Numbered from the stretch's first letter, positions 9,464-20,142 are shown. The stretch is DNA of 64,000 nucleotides from Sphingobium sp. (GCA_035251955.1 DATFDS010000246.1:23191-87190), one strand, 5' to 3'. Translations and numbers: made by a program. The notes: generated from the letters alone by a model not told the origin.

Positions 9464-10477
9464 ATGAAAATGGCCACAAGCAGCGAGACGGCCGGCGCCA
9501 ACGCCGCCATCCCCGACAAGGCGACCCAGGTCGAAATCTACCGGCGCATGACGCTGATCGCGCAGAATGACGAGGCGACGCGCAAGTCGATCCGTTCGGG
9601 CCGGCTCGTCATGCCCTATTATTCGCCGCGCGGGCAGGAGGTCATTCCCTCGGCCATCTCGGTCAACCTCAACGACGACGACCAGATCTGCACCATCTAT
9701 CGCGGCATTCACGACATGCTGGCGAAGGGCGTGCCGCTCAAGGACTTGTGGGCGGAAGTCGCGGGCCGCGTGACCGGCACCTGCAAGGGCAAGGGCGGGC
9801 CGATGCACATCACCCACCCCGCATCGGGCGCGATCCTGACGACCGGGATCGTGGGGTCTTCCATGCCGATCGCCAACGGCCTGGCGTGGGGCCACAAGCT
9901 CGATGGCAGCCGTCGCGTCGTGATCGCCAATTTCGGCGACGCCGCTTCCAACATCGGCGCCTTCCATGAAAGCCTCAACCTCGCGTCGCTGTGGAAGCTG
10001 CCCGTGATCTTCGTCTGCCAGAACAATCTGTTCGGCGAACATACGCGGTTCGAGAACGCAACGGCCGTTGATCGCATCTCCAAGCGTGCGGCAGGCTATA
10101 GCATGCCGGGCGTGACGGTGAACGGCAACGATCCGTTCGAAATGTATGCGGCCGCCAAGGAAGCGATCGACCGCGCCCGCGATGGCGAAGGCCCGACCCT
10201 GATCGAGGCGATGACCTTCCGCTTCCATGGCCATGTCTTTGGCGACGACGACAAATATATGACCAAGGAAGAAAAGGCAGCGGCGATCGCAAGGGACCCC
10301 GTTCCCGCCTTCCGCGCCAGGCTGATCGAGACCGGCGTCGCGACCGAGGCGCAACTGGCGGAACTGGAAAGGGCGATCGATGGTGAAATCGAGGCCGCGA
10401 TCGAATATGCGCTCGCCAGCGACATGCCGCCGATCGAGGAACTGACGCGCGACGTCTATGCGGAAGGAGTCGCCTGA
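9464..10477 (+). CDS. TPP-dependent 2-oxoacid/acetoin dehydrogenase E1 alpha
   Basis: GKGGPMH, FGDAASNIGAFHESLNLA...QNN, TFRFHGH. Confidence 0.93.
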   Translation: MKMATSSETAGANAAIPDKATQVEIYRRMTLIAQNDEATRKSIRSGRLVMPYYSPRGQEVIPSAISVNLNDDDQICTIYRGIHDMLAKGVPLKDLWAEVAGRVTGTCKGKGGPMHITHPASGAILTTGIVGSSMPIANGLAWGHKLDGSRRVVIANFGDAASNIGAFHESLNLASLWKLPVIFVCQNNLFGEHTRFENATAVDRISKRAAGYSMPGVTVNGNDPFEMYAAAKEAIDRARDGEGPTLIEAMTFRFHGHVFGDDDKYMTKEEKAAAIARDPVPAFRARLIETGVATEAQLAELERAIDGEIEAAIEYALASDMPPIEELTRDVYAEGVA

Positions 10478-11481
10478 TGGCCGACAATGCGCCCAAGAAG
10501 ATGGTGATCCTGCAGGCCATCAACGAAGCCATCGCCGAAGCGATGGAAGCCGATCCCAAGGTGCTGGTGCTGGGCGAGGATGTCGCCGATCGCGAAGGCG
10601 GCGGCGTCATTGGCGTGACACGTGGCCTCTCGACGCGCTTTGGCGACGATCGCGTGCGCTCCACCCCTATTTCCGAACAGGCGATCATCGGCGCCGCCAT
10701 CGGGGCATCGATCAACGGCTACAAGCCGATCGCCGAGATCATGCTGATGAACTTCACGACGGTGGCGATGGACATGATCGTCAACCACGCCGCGAAGCTG
10801 CGCTTCATGTCCGGCGGCCAGACCAACGTGCCGATAGTCATCCGCATGATGACCGGGGCGGGCATCGCGGCGGCCGGACAGCACAGCGACTTCCTGGAAG
10901 CCTGGTTCGCGCATTCGCCCGGTCTCAAGGTGGTGATCCCGTCCAATCCGGCGGACGCCAAGGGATTGATGCTCTCCGCCATTGCCGATCCCGATCCGGT
11001 CCTGTTCGTCGAAACCACCCGCGCCTACGGAAACAGCGGCGAAGTACCCGCCGACCAGGGGCCGATCCCGCTCGGCAAGGCCCGGGTCGAACGCGAAGGC
11101 TCCGACATCACGATCATCAGCTATGCCGACATGTTCAACCGCGCCCGCACCGCAGCGGACACGCTGGCCGGCGAAGGCGTGTCGGTGGAACTGATCGACC
11201 TGCGCACCGTGGCGCCCTGGGACAGGGAAACCGTCCTGGCGTCGGTCCGCAAGACCGGGCGCGCGTTGATCGTCCACGAAGCCGTCAAGCAGTTCGGTGT
11301 CGGCGCCGAAATCGCCGCCGTGATCCAGGAAGAAGCGTTCGCCGCCCTCAAGGCGCCGGTCGCCCGTCTTGGCGCGCCCTATACGTCCGTGCCCTTTTCC
11401 TCCGTGCTCGAGCAGGCATTCATCGTCTCGCCCGAAGCGATTGTGGACAAGGCGCGGGCGACGCTGGCGGCGGGACGCTGA
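10477..11481 (+). CDS. 2-oxoacid/acetoin dehydrogenase E1 beta
   Basis: GEDV, TPISE, GQHS, ELIDLRT; coupled to E1 alpha. Confidence 0.93.
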   Translation: MADNAPKKMVILQAINEAIAEAMEADPKVLVLGEDVADREGGGVIGVTRGLSTRFGDDRVRSTPISEQAIIGAAIGASINGYKPIAEIMLMNFTTVAMDMIVNHAAKLRFMSGGQTNVPIVIRMMTGAGIAAAGQHSDFLEAWFAHSPGLKVVIPSNPADAKGLMLSAIADPDPVLFVETTRAYGNSGEVPADQGPIPLGKARVEREGSDITIISYADMFNRARTAADTLAGEGVSVELIDLRTVAPWDRETVLASVRKTGRALIVHEAVKQFGVGAEIAAVIQEEAFAALKAPVARLGAPYTSVPFSSVLEQAFIVSPEAIVDKARATLAAGR

Positions 11482-11580
11482 TCGGGCGTTCGTGATCGCA
11501 TCGCGAGGATCGTCGCCAGTCGGTGAGGTCCTCGCGAAAGCAGGTCGGGGTCGACCAGGCCAATCCCCAAATAATAACAT

Positions 11581-11597
11581 TATATTTCGAAGATATA
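11581..11597. promoter_or_regulatory. Candidate operator TATAT-N7-ATATA
   Basis: TATATTTCGAAGATATA just upstream of the fused acyl-CoA dehydrogenase. Confidence 0.45.
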
Positions 11598-11612
11598 TTA
11601 AGAGGCTTCACC

Positions 11613-13820
11613 ATGCAGTTGAATCTGCCGGACGACACTATTCCCATCAAGGAAATGTTCGAGCGTTTCTTTGAAACGGAATCGACGCCGGCGCGCATCC
11701 GCGCGGTGGAGCCGATCGGGTTCGACGCCGATTTGTGGCGGTCGCTGCTGGAACTGGAAGCACCGTTCCTGCGCGTCCCCGAAGCCCAGGGCGGCGGCGG
11801 CATGAACCTGCTCGACGCCTGCCTGATGCTGGAACAGGCCGGTCGGCACCTGGCATCCGTGCCGCTGGCAGAATCGATCGTGGCGCTGCGCATCCTGGCG
11901 CAGGCCGGCGGCAATGTTGCGCGCGAATGGATCGAGAAGGTGCGCAGCGGCGAAGCTATCCTGACCCTGGCGCTGCACCCTGCGGTGGACGGCACGCCCC
12001 AACTGGTGCCCGGCGGCGCCGTGGCGAAGGGCATATTGACCTTCGACGGCAAGAAGCTGGCAATCGCCATTCCCGGCGAAGCGTTGCAGGCGCCCTTCAC
12101 CCTGGGCGGCAACGCTCTGGGTCTGTTCACGCCCGGCACGGCGTTCCAGGTCATCGTATCGACCGCGGCCGAAGCGGCTGACATCTGGGCGGCGGGCATC
12201 GAGGAATGGAAGCTGCTGACATCGGCCGCGCTCATCGGCCTGTCGCATGAGGCGCTGGCCATGGCGTCGGCCTATGCCTGCGAACGCATCGCCTTCGGCG
12301 TGCCGATCGGGGTCAACCAGGGCCTTTCCCATCCGCTTGCCAATGATGTGATCGACGCCGATGCGGGCGCGATGATGCTCTGGTGGACGCTGACCGCGAT
12401 CGCCGACGGCCGCGAGGACGCGGGCGGCGCCATCTCGGCGCTGTTCTGGTGGGCGAACCGCACCGCCTCCAATTCCGTCGCACACGCGCTGCATACGTTC
12501 GGCGGCTATGGCCTCACCAACGAATATGACATCCAGCTCTATCACCGCCGCGCGAAGTCCTGGGGCCTTGCGCTCGGCGATCCGGAAGAGGAACTGATCC
12601 GCGCCGGCCGCCGGCTCTATCGGGGCGAGGCCGTCAGCCTGCCGGACACGGGTCAGATCGCCCTGAGCTTCGAGGCGCCGGGCAAGGGATCGGAACTGGC
12701 GGCGGAGACCCGCGCGCTGTTCCAGTCGATCCTTGACCCCGTCAAGCACAGGCTGGGCGAATCGAATTTCGAGGCGCACGACTGGGACGTGCATCGCACC
12801 ATGGGCGAGGCCGGCCTGCTGTTCCCCGACTGGCCGACCGAATGGGGCGGCCGTGGCGCCTCGGCCGACGAGGCCCGCGCCAGCCTGGGCGTGTGGCACG
12901 AGGTCGGCTATATCGGCCATGCACGCAGCGTGACCGGCATGGTCGGCTCGATTGTCCGCCATTTCGGCCAGCAGGACCTCAAGGAAGAGGTGCTGCTTCG
13001 CTTCGCCAGGGGTGAGATCACCGCCTGTCTCGGCTATACAGAGCCCTCGGGCGGTTCGGACGTGTTCGCGGCCAAGACCCGTGCCGTGCGCGATGGCGAC
13101 GACTGGGTCGTCAACGGGCAGAAGATGTTCACGTCCGGCGCAGAGCTGGCCGATTTCGTGCTGATGATCGCGCGCACCGATCCCGACGTGCCCAAGCATA
13201 AGGGGCTCACCCTGTTCCTGGTGCCGCTCAAGGGGGCGGGCGTCGAAATCCAGCCCGTCCACACCTTCATGGACGAGCGCACCAACGCGACCTTCTATGC
13301 CGATGTGCGCATACCCGACCGCTACCGGCTGGGCGACGTCAATGCCGGCGTGCGCGTGATGGCCGCTGCCCTGTCGATGGAACAGGGCGGTGCCGGCTTC
13401 TACTCCGAAATTTCCAAGATGCTGAACCCCGTCGTGGAATGGGCCAGGGGCCAGACCCGCGACGGCCGGCCGATGCTGGAGCATCCCTCGACGCTCGCTC
13501 GCCTCGCGCACAGCTATCTCAAGGGTCGGCTGGCTTTCACGATCAGCGCACGGGCATTGTGGACCGGCATTTCGGGCGCGCCCGATCAGGCGCATGGCCC
13601 CGCATCGAAGGTTTTCGCGACAGAGGCCTTCATCTCGACCTCGGCCGACCTGATCGATCTTGCGGCGCCCTTCTCTCTCATCCGCGGCAAGGAAGGACTG
13701 GGAATAGTCGAGATGGGGTATCGCCACTCGACCGCGACCAGCATCTATGGCGGCACCAGCGAAGTGCTGCGCAGCCTGGTCGCCGAGCGCCGCCTGGGCC
13801 TGCCCCGAAGCCGCGCCTGA
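11613..13820 (+). CDS. Fused double-module acyl-CoA dehydrogenase
   Basis: First module has RIAFGVPIG and HTFGGYG; second has GYTEPSGGSD, NGQKMFTS and IYGGTSEV; 735 aa. Confidence 0.9.
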   Translation: MQLNLPDDTIPIKEMFERFFETESTPARIRAVEPIGFDADLWRSLLELEAPFLRVPEAQGGGGMNLLDACLMLEQAGRHLASVPLAESIVALRILAQAGGNVAREWIEKVRSGEAILTLALHPAVDGTPQLVPGGAVAKGILTFDGKKLAIAIPGEALQAPFTLGGNALGLFTPGTAFQVIVSTAAEAADIWAAGIEEWKLLTSAALIGLSHEALAMASAYACERIAFGVPIGVNQGLSHPLANDVIDADAGAMMLWWTLTAIADGREDAGGAISALFWWANRTASNSVAHALHTFGGYGLTNEYDIQLYHRRAKSWGLALGDPEEELIRAGRRLYRGEAVSLPDTGQIALSFEAPGKGSELAAETRALFQSILDPVKHRLGESNFEAHDWDVHRTMGEAGLLFPDWPTEWGGRGASADEARASLGVWHEVGYIGHARSVTGMVGSIVRHFGQQDLKEEVLLRFARGEITACLGYTEPSGGSDVFAAKTRAVRDGDDWVVNGQKMFTSGAELADFVLMIARTDPDVPKHKGLTLFLVPLKGAGVEIQPVHTFMDERTNATFYADVRIPDRYRLGDVNAGVRVMAAALSMEQGGAGFYSEISKMLNPVVEWARGQTRDGRPMLEHPSTLARLAHSYLKGRLAFTISARALWTGISGAPDQAHGPASKVFATEAFISTSADLIDLAAPFSLIRGKEGLGIVEMGYRHSTATSIYGGTSEVLRSLVAERRLGLPRSRA

Positions 13821-13834
13821 TAGATGAAAGGATC

Positions 13835-13883
13835 GCCGGCGCTGTGAATGGTCCTTATTGAATCGTTCACCGCGCCGGCTTTT
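13835..13883 (+). terminator. Probable intrinsic terminator
   Basis: GCCGGCGC..GTGAA / TTCAC..GCGCCGGC stem followed by TTTT, between convergent genes. Confidence 0.5.
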
Positions 13884-13957
13884 ATTATCGATATTCCCCG
13901 AGCCATCACCCTTTGCCGACTGCACGATCTCCGAGTGTGCTCTCTCCCGGCAGTCGT

Positions 13958-14272
13958 TCAGTGGGGCTTGTACAACCACATCTGAACCGACGAGGGATCG
14001 ATATCGGTCGTGCCCGACATCTCGCCCGCCTGCATGCGGCGGCCAAGTTCGCCCAGAACGGCAAGCGGGTCCTCCGCCTCCAGTTCGAAGATCGCCAGAT
14101 GCTTGGCCGGAGCGGGCGCGGGCGACTGCGGCAGTGCGTCATAGCGGCGACCGCTCGTGACGCCGGGCAGGTCCAGCATGTCCTGCAGATGCACGCTGTC
14201 ATACCAGTCGTTAAAGGCTTGGTCGCGTCCTTCCAGTGCGCTGCTGGTGACGACGAGAAGAAATTGGGCCAT
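13958..14272 (-). CDS. Small EthD/DUF4286-like protein
   Basis: FNDWYDSVHLQDMLDLPGVTSGRRY...HLAIFELE. Confidence 0.75.
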   Translation of the reverse strand: MAQFLLVVTSSALEGRDQAFNDWYDSVHLQDMLDLPGVTSGRRYDALPQSPAPAPAKHLAIFELEAEDPLAVLGELGRRMQAGEMSGTTDIDPSSVQMWLYKPH

Positions 14273-14302
14273 AAGTTGCTCCTTGTGAGTGGCGCCGGTC
14301 CG

Positions 14303-15871
14303 TCATGCGTGCGGGGCGGCGATGGATTCTCCGGCCTTGGCCGCCATCGCCTCGCGCCGTTCCGGCGGCTGATGCGGCAATGCGCGCAGCAGCAGGATCA
14401 GCGCGATCAGGGCGAAGGGAACGAGCAGCAGGATGCTGATCAGTCCCGTTTCCAACGACCCCGTCATCTTGCTGACCCGGCCGACCCAATAAGGTCCCAT
14501 GCCCGACATGATGATGGTGACGACCAATGAATAGCAGGAAGAGGCCGCGCCGCGCATCCGCGGTGTGACCAGATCCTGCACTGTCGCGGCGATCCCGCCC
14601 GACCAGAAAGAGCTGAAGACACTCAGCACGCCATTGGCGATCAGGAAGATGACGACATCATGGAACAGCATCATCGCCAGCAGCGAGGGCACGACCATGA
14701 AGAGCGCAATCAGGCACATCAGCACAGGCGCGGCGGGATTGCGGGCCTTCCACCGATCGACCAGCCAGCCGCCGGACAATAGGCCGATCAGCGTGCCCAG
14801 CGTTTGTACCATGCCAAGCGAAACGCCGATCTCAACGGGACTGAGCGCGAAGCTGCGCATCATATAGGGCGCGCTCCAGGTCGAGACCGTGCCGATGATG
14901 CAGGCGAGCAGCGAGGTGCCGACAATCACCAGCAGGAACGTGCGGTCGCCATAGGTCAGGCGAAAAAAGGGCGGGTCGCGATATTTGCGGATCTGGCCCC
15001 AGGTGACCACTGAATAGGCGCCGACGCCCAGGGCCGCCCACTGCACCGCGTCCCCCGTCGCCCAGGCAATCAGCGCCGCCACGGCCGCAATCGTCACAGC
15101 GAACCCAAAGTTGCCGGCCAACCCCTTGGTGCCGGCGGCACGCCGGATGTTGATCCAGGTGAAGGGCGGGAAGACAGCAGCGAATTCGTCAGCCATGGTC
15201 GAAAGCGTGCCGCGACCGTCCCGACGCGGGCGATCCGGCTCCCTTACGGTCAGCAACAGGAGCGCCACCGGCAGGCCGGGCAGGCCCACGGCAAGCAGCG
15301 CCGCCTTCCAGCCGGCGATGCCGCAGGCGCCCGCGATCGGCACGCTTTCGCACAGGCCCCCGGACCAGTGCTGGAGTATATAGCCCCCCACGATCATGGA
15401 CGCCGCGCCGCCGACATAGGCACCGCTCAGATAGGTGCTGAGCGCCAATGCGCGGTTGCGGCGTGGGAATATCTGCGAGACGAGCGAGTGGGAACAGGGA
15501 TTGGCGGTCGCCTCGCCGATGCCGACGCCCAGCCGGGCAACCCCCAGCACCAGAAGATTGGCGGCAAAGCCCCCCAGAATCGTCATGGACGACCAGAGCA
15601 CAAGACCGGCCGCCATCACCTTCTTGCGGCTCAGCCGGTCGGATATGCCTCCCATCGCGATGCCGACGATCGAATAGAAGACGGCGAAGGCCGTACCGAG
15701 CAGGAAGCCCAGTTGCGCGTCGTCAAGCTGGAGATCGGTCTTGATCGCTTCGGCCAGGATCGAGAAGATCGATCGGTCGAGATAGTTGAGGAAATTCGCG
15801 AAGGCCAGCAGTCCCAGCCCGTAACAGGACGCCTTGGTGATCGTCAAAGGCGCGGCGATGGCCGTTTCCAT
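14303..15871 (-). CDS. MFS transporter (Spinster-like)
   Basis: NYLDR, SDRLSRK, ARLGVGIGEA and multiple transmembrane segments. Confidence 0.9.
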   Translation of the reverse strand: METAIAAPLTITKASCYGLGLLAFANFLNYLDRSIFSILAEAIKTDLQLDDAQLGFLLGTAFAVFYSIVGIAMGGISDRLSRKKVMAAGLVLWSSMTILGGFAANLLVLGVARLGVGIGEATANPCSHSLVSQIFPRRNRALALSTYLSGAYVGGAASMIVGGYILQHWSGGLCESVPIAGACGIAGWKAALLAVGLPGLPVALLLLTVREPDRPRRDGRGTLSTMADEFAAVFPPFTWINIRRAAGTKGLAGNFGFAVTIAAVAALIAWATGDAVQWAALGVGAYSVVTWGQIRKYRDPPFFRLTYGDRTFLLVIVGTSLLACIIGTVSTWSAPYMMRSFALSPVEIGVSLGMVQTLGTLIGLLSGGWLVDRWKARNPAAPVLMCLIALFMVVPSLLAMMLFHDVVIFLIANGVLSVFSSFWSGGIAATVQDLVTPRMRGAASSCYSLVVTIIMSGMGPYWVGRVSKMTGSLETGLISILLLVPFALIALILLLRALPHQPPERREAMAAKAGESIAAPHA

Positions 15872-15915
15872 CGTCCGTCCACCGTTTATGGCCGGCCCAT
15901 CCCCCCGCATGGCGA

Positions 15916-16884
15916 TCAGCGCGGCGCAGCCGCGAGCGTGGCGGCGATGAAGCCCCGCACATCGCGCATGATGGATTCGCCCTCCGGCGCGCCGGGGAAG
16001 CCGCCATGGCCGCCCGCCTCGCAGACATGCAGTTCGGCGGGAATGCCGGCGTCGCGCAGCGCGCGGTGCATCCGCACCGTGTTGGACAGGAACAGGTCGC
16101 GCGTGCCCGTGGTCAGCACGGTCGGCGGGAAGCCCTTGCTGAAATCGCCGAACAACGGTGAGATATGGGGATGGCGCAGGTCCTCGCCATCGGCATAGAG
16201 CAGGTTCACCTGCATCAGGCTGCTGATATCGAGCCCGCGATTGGTCGCGAAACTGTCGCCGGATTCGGTAAGGTCGACCTCCGGCGTATTGAGATAGGCG
16301 ACGGCCGGCATCGGCAGCCCTTCGTCGCGCGCGCGCAAAATCAGGGCAGGAACCAGATTGCCGCCCGCCGACGCGCCGTGGAACACGATGTCCGACGTGT
16401 CCCGTTCCTGCAGCAGCGCCCTGTAGACGGCAATGCCGTCATCCAGCGCGGCCGGGTAGGGATGGTCCGGCGGCATCCGATAATCGACCGACCAGACCCG
16501 CCGTCCCAGCCGCAACGCCACGGACTCGGCCATCAGGCGGCAGAGGTCGCCGCCGCACAGGAACAGTCCCCCGCCATGCATATCGAGCACGATCGTGCGG
16601 TCGTCCGCTGCCAGACCGGCAGGAATGACGTCGAAGACGCGCACATCTGCGATGGTGCGATCCTCGACCGTGACCGCCGCGTCAGGACGCATGGCCTGCA
16701 ACATCGGCAGCAGGGCGGCATCCATGGCCTGGACATGCGCGTGCCAGCCGGCCGTGTCGTCCAGCGCCGGCAGCGGAACAGCCGGCACCGGTTCGCGCAC
16801 CATCATCGCCTGCGCCTGGGGGCTGATCGATTTGGGGATCGGGATCGCGCGCTCGGGCAGGCGCAAAACGAATTCTTCGGACAT
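15916..16884 (-). CDS. HSL-family alpha/beta hydrolase (esterase/lactonase)
   Basis: HGGG, DYRMPP, GASAG. Confidence 0.9.
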   Translation of the reverse strand: MSEEFVLRLPERAIPIPKSISPQAQAMMVREPVPAVPLPALDDTAGWHAHVQAMDAALLPMLQAMRPDAAVTVEDRTIADVRVFDVIPAGLAADDRTIVLDMHGGGLFLCGGDLCRLMAESVALRLGRRVWSVDYRMPPDHPYPAALDDGIAVYRALLQERDTSDIVFHGASAGGNLVPALILRARDEGLPMPAVAYLNTPEVDLTESGDSFATNRGLDISSLMQVNLLYADGEDLRHPHISPLFGDFSKGFPPTVLTTGTRDLFLSNTVRMHRALRDAGIPAELHVCEAGGHGGFPGAPEGESIMRDVRGFIAATLAAAPR

Positions 16885-16985
16885 ATCGTTTCTCCCCGCC
16901 ATTGGCCGGTCAGGAGGAGGTGACAGGGTGGAGCGGGGCGCGGCATTGTGCACGGCAGCCCTCCTTTCGTCGAACTCCAGGCGGC

Positions 16986-17435
16986 TTATTCGGCCGGCGT
17001 CGCGGCTTCCGCCTCGGTTCCGGCATCCGCTGCGCGCTTGTCGATGGCGCGCTGCATGGCGTCCATGCACATCTGCAGAGCATGGGCGGGATTGAGTTCC
17101 AGGACGCGGCAGCCATTGGGGTCCTCATATTTGAGGACATGGCCGGCGGGGATGAAATAGGCCTCGCCCGCTTCGATCACCTCGTCGGGCCAATCGGTGC
17201 CGGGATAGACGGCGCGCATCTGGCCTTCGAAAATATAGCCGTAATGCGGGCAGGGGCACACGCCGCCGGGCAGGCCGCCGAACTTATATTGTTCGGTACA
17301 ATCGAGCGGCCCGGTGAGGACGGTCAGCGCGACCTCCATATCGCCCCACTGTGCCGTCCGGTAATTGTCGCCGGACACGCCCGGCCAACGGGTCGAGGCG
17401 CTGGGCAGGTCTTCCAGACGAGAATGGGGCATCAT
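16986..17435 (-). CDS. Cupin-domain protein
   Basis: CPCPHYGYIFEG...AGEAYFIPAGH cupin motifs. Confidence 0.75.
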   Translation of the reverse strand: MMPHSRLEDLPSASTRWPGVSGDNYRTAQWGDMEVALTVLTGPLDCTEQYKFGGLPGGVCPCPHYGYIFEGQMRAVYPGTDWPDEVIEAGEAYFIPAGHVLKYEDPNGCRVLELNPAHALQMCMDAMQRAIDKRAADAGTEAEAATPAE

Positions 17436-17578
17436 CTTCTCCTGTAGTTGCGCGAATTTGGCCCGATTTGAATCGGATTCTACCGACGCGACGCCGAACT
17501 ATTCCTGCCGCCCCACCGTCCGTCAACCATTTTTCGATCCATGATCGATAAAGCTGCCCAGGCGGATCCCAGCCGAAT

Positions 17579-18343
17579 TCACCCGGCCGTCACGCCGCGG
17601 TCGGCATTCAGGCAGGCGCCGTGGAACACCCGGCCGCGCGGCCCCGCGAGCAGCAGCAGCGCCTCGCAGAAATCCTCCGGCTCGGACACGCCCCGCAGGC
17701 CGCTATACCGGCCAATCAGGCTGAGGTCCGCGCCGTCGGGCACGTGCATGGTCGCCGCCATGCCGGAGGCGATGCCGCCCGGCGCGAGGGCATTGATGCG
17801 GATCGGCGCGGCCGAATATTCCATCGCTAGCGTCTTGGTCATGCTGACCAATGCCGCCTTGCTCGCGGCATAATGGGCGAGATAGGCCGTCCCCTGGAAG
17901 GCCGACGCCGAAGCGACATTGACCACCGCCCCCTCCCGCGCCAGCAAATGCGGCAGCGCCGCCTGGATCAGGAAGAAGGGCGCACGCAGGTTCACAGCGA
18001 AGATGCGGTCCCAGATGTCGGGCGTGATCGTGGCCGCATGGTCGAAGCGGCACATGCCGGCGATATTGCACAGCGCATCGAGCCCGCCGAACACCTCCAC
18101 TGCGCGCGCGACATGACCGGAAAGGGCCTGCACATCGGCCAGGTCGGCGACGATCGGCAGGACCGAAGCGCCCGCCGCCTCCACCGCCTGCGCCGTAGCG
18201 GCCAGGCCCTTTTCGTCGAAGTCGAGCAGCGTCACGGCTGCCCCTTCCCGCGCGAAGGCCACCGCAGCGGCACGGCCGAGGCCGGATGCGGCGCCCGTCA
18301 GGAACACCGCCTTGCCCACGAACTCTCCCCTGGCGGCCGTCAC
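17579..18343 (-). CDS. SDR family oxidoreductase
   Basis: [13 protein letters not shown]; coupled to the BVMO gene. Confidence 0.93.
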   Translation of the reverse strand: MTAARGEFVGKAVFLTGAASGLGRAAAVAFAREGAAVTLLDFDEKGLAATAQAVEAAGASVLPIVADLADVQALSGHVARAVEVFGGLDALCNIAGMCRFDHAATITPDIWDRIFAVNLRAPFFLIQAALPHLLAREGAVVNVASASAFQGTAYLAHYAASKAALVSMTKTLAMEYSAAPIRINALAPGGIASGMAATMHVPDGADLSLIGRYSGLRGVSEPEDFCEALLLLAGPRGRVFHGACLNADRGVTAG

Positions 18344-20124
18344 TTGACGGACTCCAGGCTGTGGCGCCGCTCCATGCCCTGCATGCCCGAACCGCGCCAG
18401 GCACGGATCGCATCGATATAATCCTGCGTCGGGCCGAAATAGGTCATGTAGCGCAACGCACGCGGGTCCGCGCTCTGGGCGCCCTCGCTATTTTTGTAAG
18501 CAGGCGTACAGGTCGCGTGGAACTGCCCGCGCGTCCCGGCGACAGAGAGCAGCGTCTGGAACCACTTTTCCTGCGCTTCTTCCACCGGCTCGATCTGCTC
18601 GATCCCTTCATCGATGCAATGCCGGATGAAGGCGGCAGAATGGACCGCCAACTCGCCCAGCATCTGGGTGAAGTTGATCGCCCACCCGCCCTGCGTCACA
18701 CTGAACATGAGCAGGTTGGGGAATCCGCGCGCATGAACGCCGTAGAGCGTTGCCGGGCCGGTCTCCGTCCACGCCTCCGTCATGCCGACGCCGCCGCGGC
18801 CGTGAATTTCGAAGCCCAGGCGGCTCTTGTAGGACGATCCCACCTCGAAGCCGGAGGCGTAGATGATGCAGTCGACCGGATAGGTCTTGCCGTCGACGAC
18901 AAGGCCCTCCTCGGTGATGCGTTCCACACCCTTGCCGGCGGTGTCGACCAGCGTCACATTGTCCCGGTTGAAGGCGGCAAGATATTCGTCGTGAAAACAC
19001 GGCCGCTTGCACATCAGGTTATACCAGGGCTTCAGGGCGCCTGCGGTCGCAGGATCCTGGACGATGGAATCGATGCGCCCGCGTATCTCCTCCATCTGCT
19101 CAAAGTCGATCTGCTGCTCTTCGGGGCTGTTGAACCCCTCCGCATTGGGATTGCGCAGGAATATCTGTGTCCATCCGTCCTGCACCATGTCCTGATTGAC
19201 CGGTTGCCCCGCCATGATCTGCGCGAAATTCTCCATCCGCTCCTGTTGCCAGCCGGGCTTGAGCGACGAGAACCACGCCGGATCGGTCGGGCGATTGCCG
19301 CGCTCGCCGACGGCGGACGGGGTCCGCTGGAAGACATAGAGATGCTCGGCATAGGGGGCCAGATTGGGGACGATCTGAACCGACGTGGCGCCGGTGCCGA
19401 TCAGCGCGACCTTTTTGTCTTTGAGCGTGTCCATCGGTCTCTTGGGCGACCCGCCGGTATAGCCATAGTCCCAGCGCGCGGTGTGGAAGCTCTTGCCCTT
19501 GAAGCTTTCCATGCCCGGAATGCCCGGCAGCTTCGCCTTGTGCAGCACGCCCCCGCACACGATCGCGAACTTGCCGGAAACCGTGTCGCCACGGTCGGTC
19601 GAGACATGCCAACGGCAGTCTTCCTCGTTCCAGCTCAGGTCCATCACCTCGGTCTGGAACAGGGCGGCGGGATAGAGGTCGAAATGCTTGGCGATACGCT
19701 GGCAATGTTCGTGGATTTCATAGGCCTTGGCGTATTTCTCGGTGGGCATATAGCCCGTTTCCTCGAGAAACGGCATGTAGATATAGGCTTCCACGTCACA
19801 GGCCGCGCCCGGATAGCGGTTCCAATACCAGGTGCCGCCAAAATCGCCGGCCTTGTCGATGATGCGGACATTGCGGATGCCCTGCTCAGCCAGCCGCGCG
19901 GCCGCCATCAGGCCGCTGAGACCCGCGCCCAGGATGACGACGTCGACGTCGTCGGTCACCGGATCGCGGTCGAAATGCGGCGTATAGGGGTCGTCATCGA
20001 AATTCGCGAACAGGCCTTCAATATGCACATATTGCGCAGCACCGTCCGCGCGCAGGCGCTTGGCCCGCTCGGCGCGATAGCGCTCCAGCACCTGTTCGAT
20101 GGATTCGGGCGACCGCGTGGCCAC
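18340..20124 (-). CDS. Type I Baeyer-Villiger monooxygenase
   Basis: [21 protein letters not shown], fingerprint [22 protein letters not shown]. Confidence 0.93.
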   Translation of the reverse strand: MATRSPESIEQVLERYRAERAKRLRADGAAQYVHIEGLFANFDDDPYTPHFDRDPVTDDVDVVILGAGLSGLMAAARLAEQGIRNVRIIDKAGDFGGTWYWNRYPGAACDVEAYIYMPFLEETGYMPTEKYAKAYEIHEHCQRIAKHFDLYPAALFQTEVMDLSWNEEDCRWHVSTDRGDTVSGKFAIVCGGVLHKAKLPGIPGMESFKGKSFHTARWDYGYTGGSPKRPMDTLKDKKVALIGTGATSVQIVPNLAPYAEHLYVFQRTPSAVGERGNRPTDPAWFSSLKPGWQQERMENFAQIMAGQPVNQDMVQDGWTQIFLRNPNAEGFNSPEEQQIDFEQMEEIRGRIDSIVQDPATAGALKPWYNLMCKRPCFHDEYLAAFNRDNVTLVDTAGKGVERITEEGLVVDGKTYPVDCIIYASGFEVGSSYKSRLGFEIHGRGGVGMTEAWTETGPATLYGVHARGFPNLLMFSVTQGGWAINFTQMLGELAVHSAAFIRHCIDEGIEQIEPVEEAQEKWFQTLLSVAGTRGQFHATCTPAYKNSEGAQSADPRALRYMTYFGPTQDYIDAIRAWRGSGMQGMERRHSLESVK

Positions 20125-20142
20125 AGGCCTCTCTCCTGGTAT

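Noticed and set aside
11598-13979. 793-aa minus-strand ORF
   Set aside because: Antisense to the fused acyl-CoA dehydrogenase; no recognisable domain.
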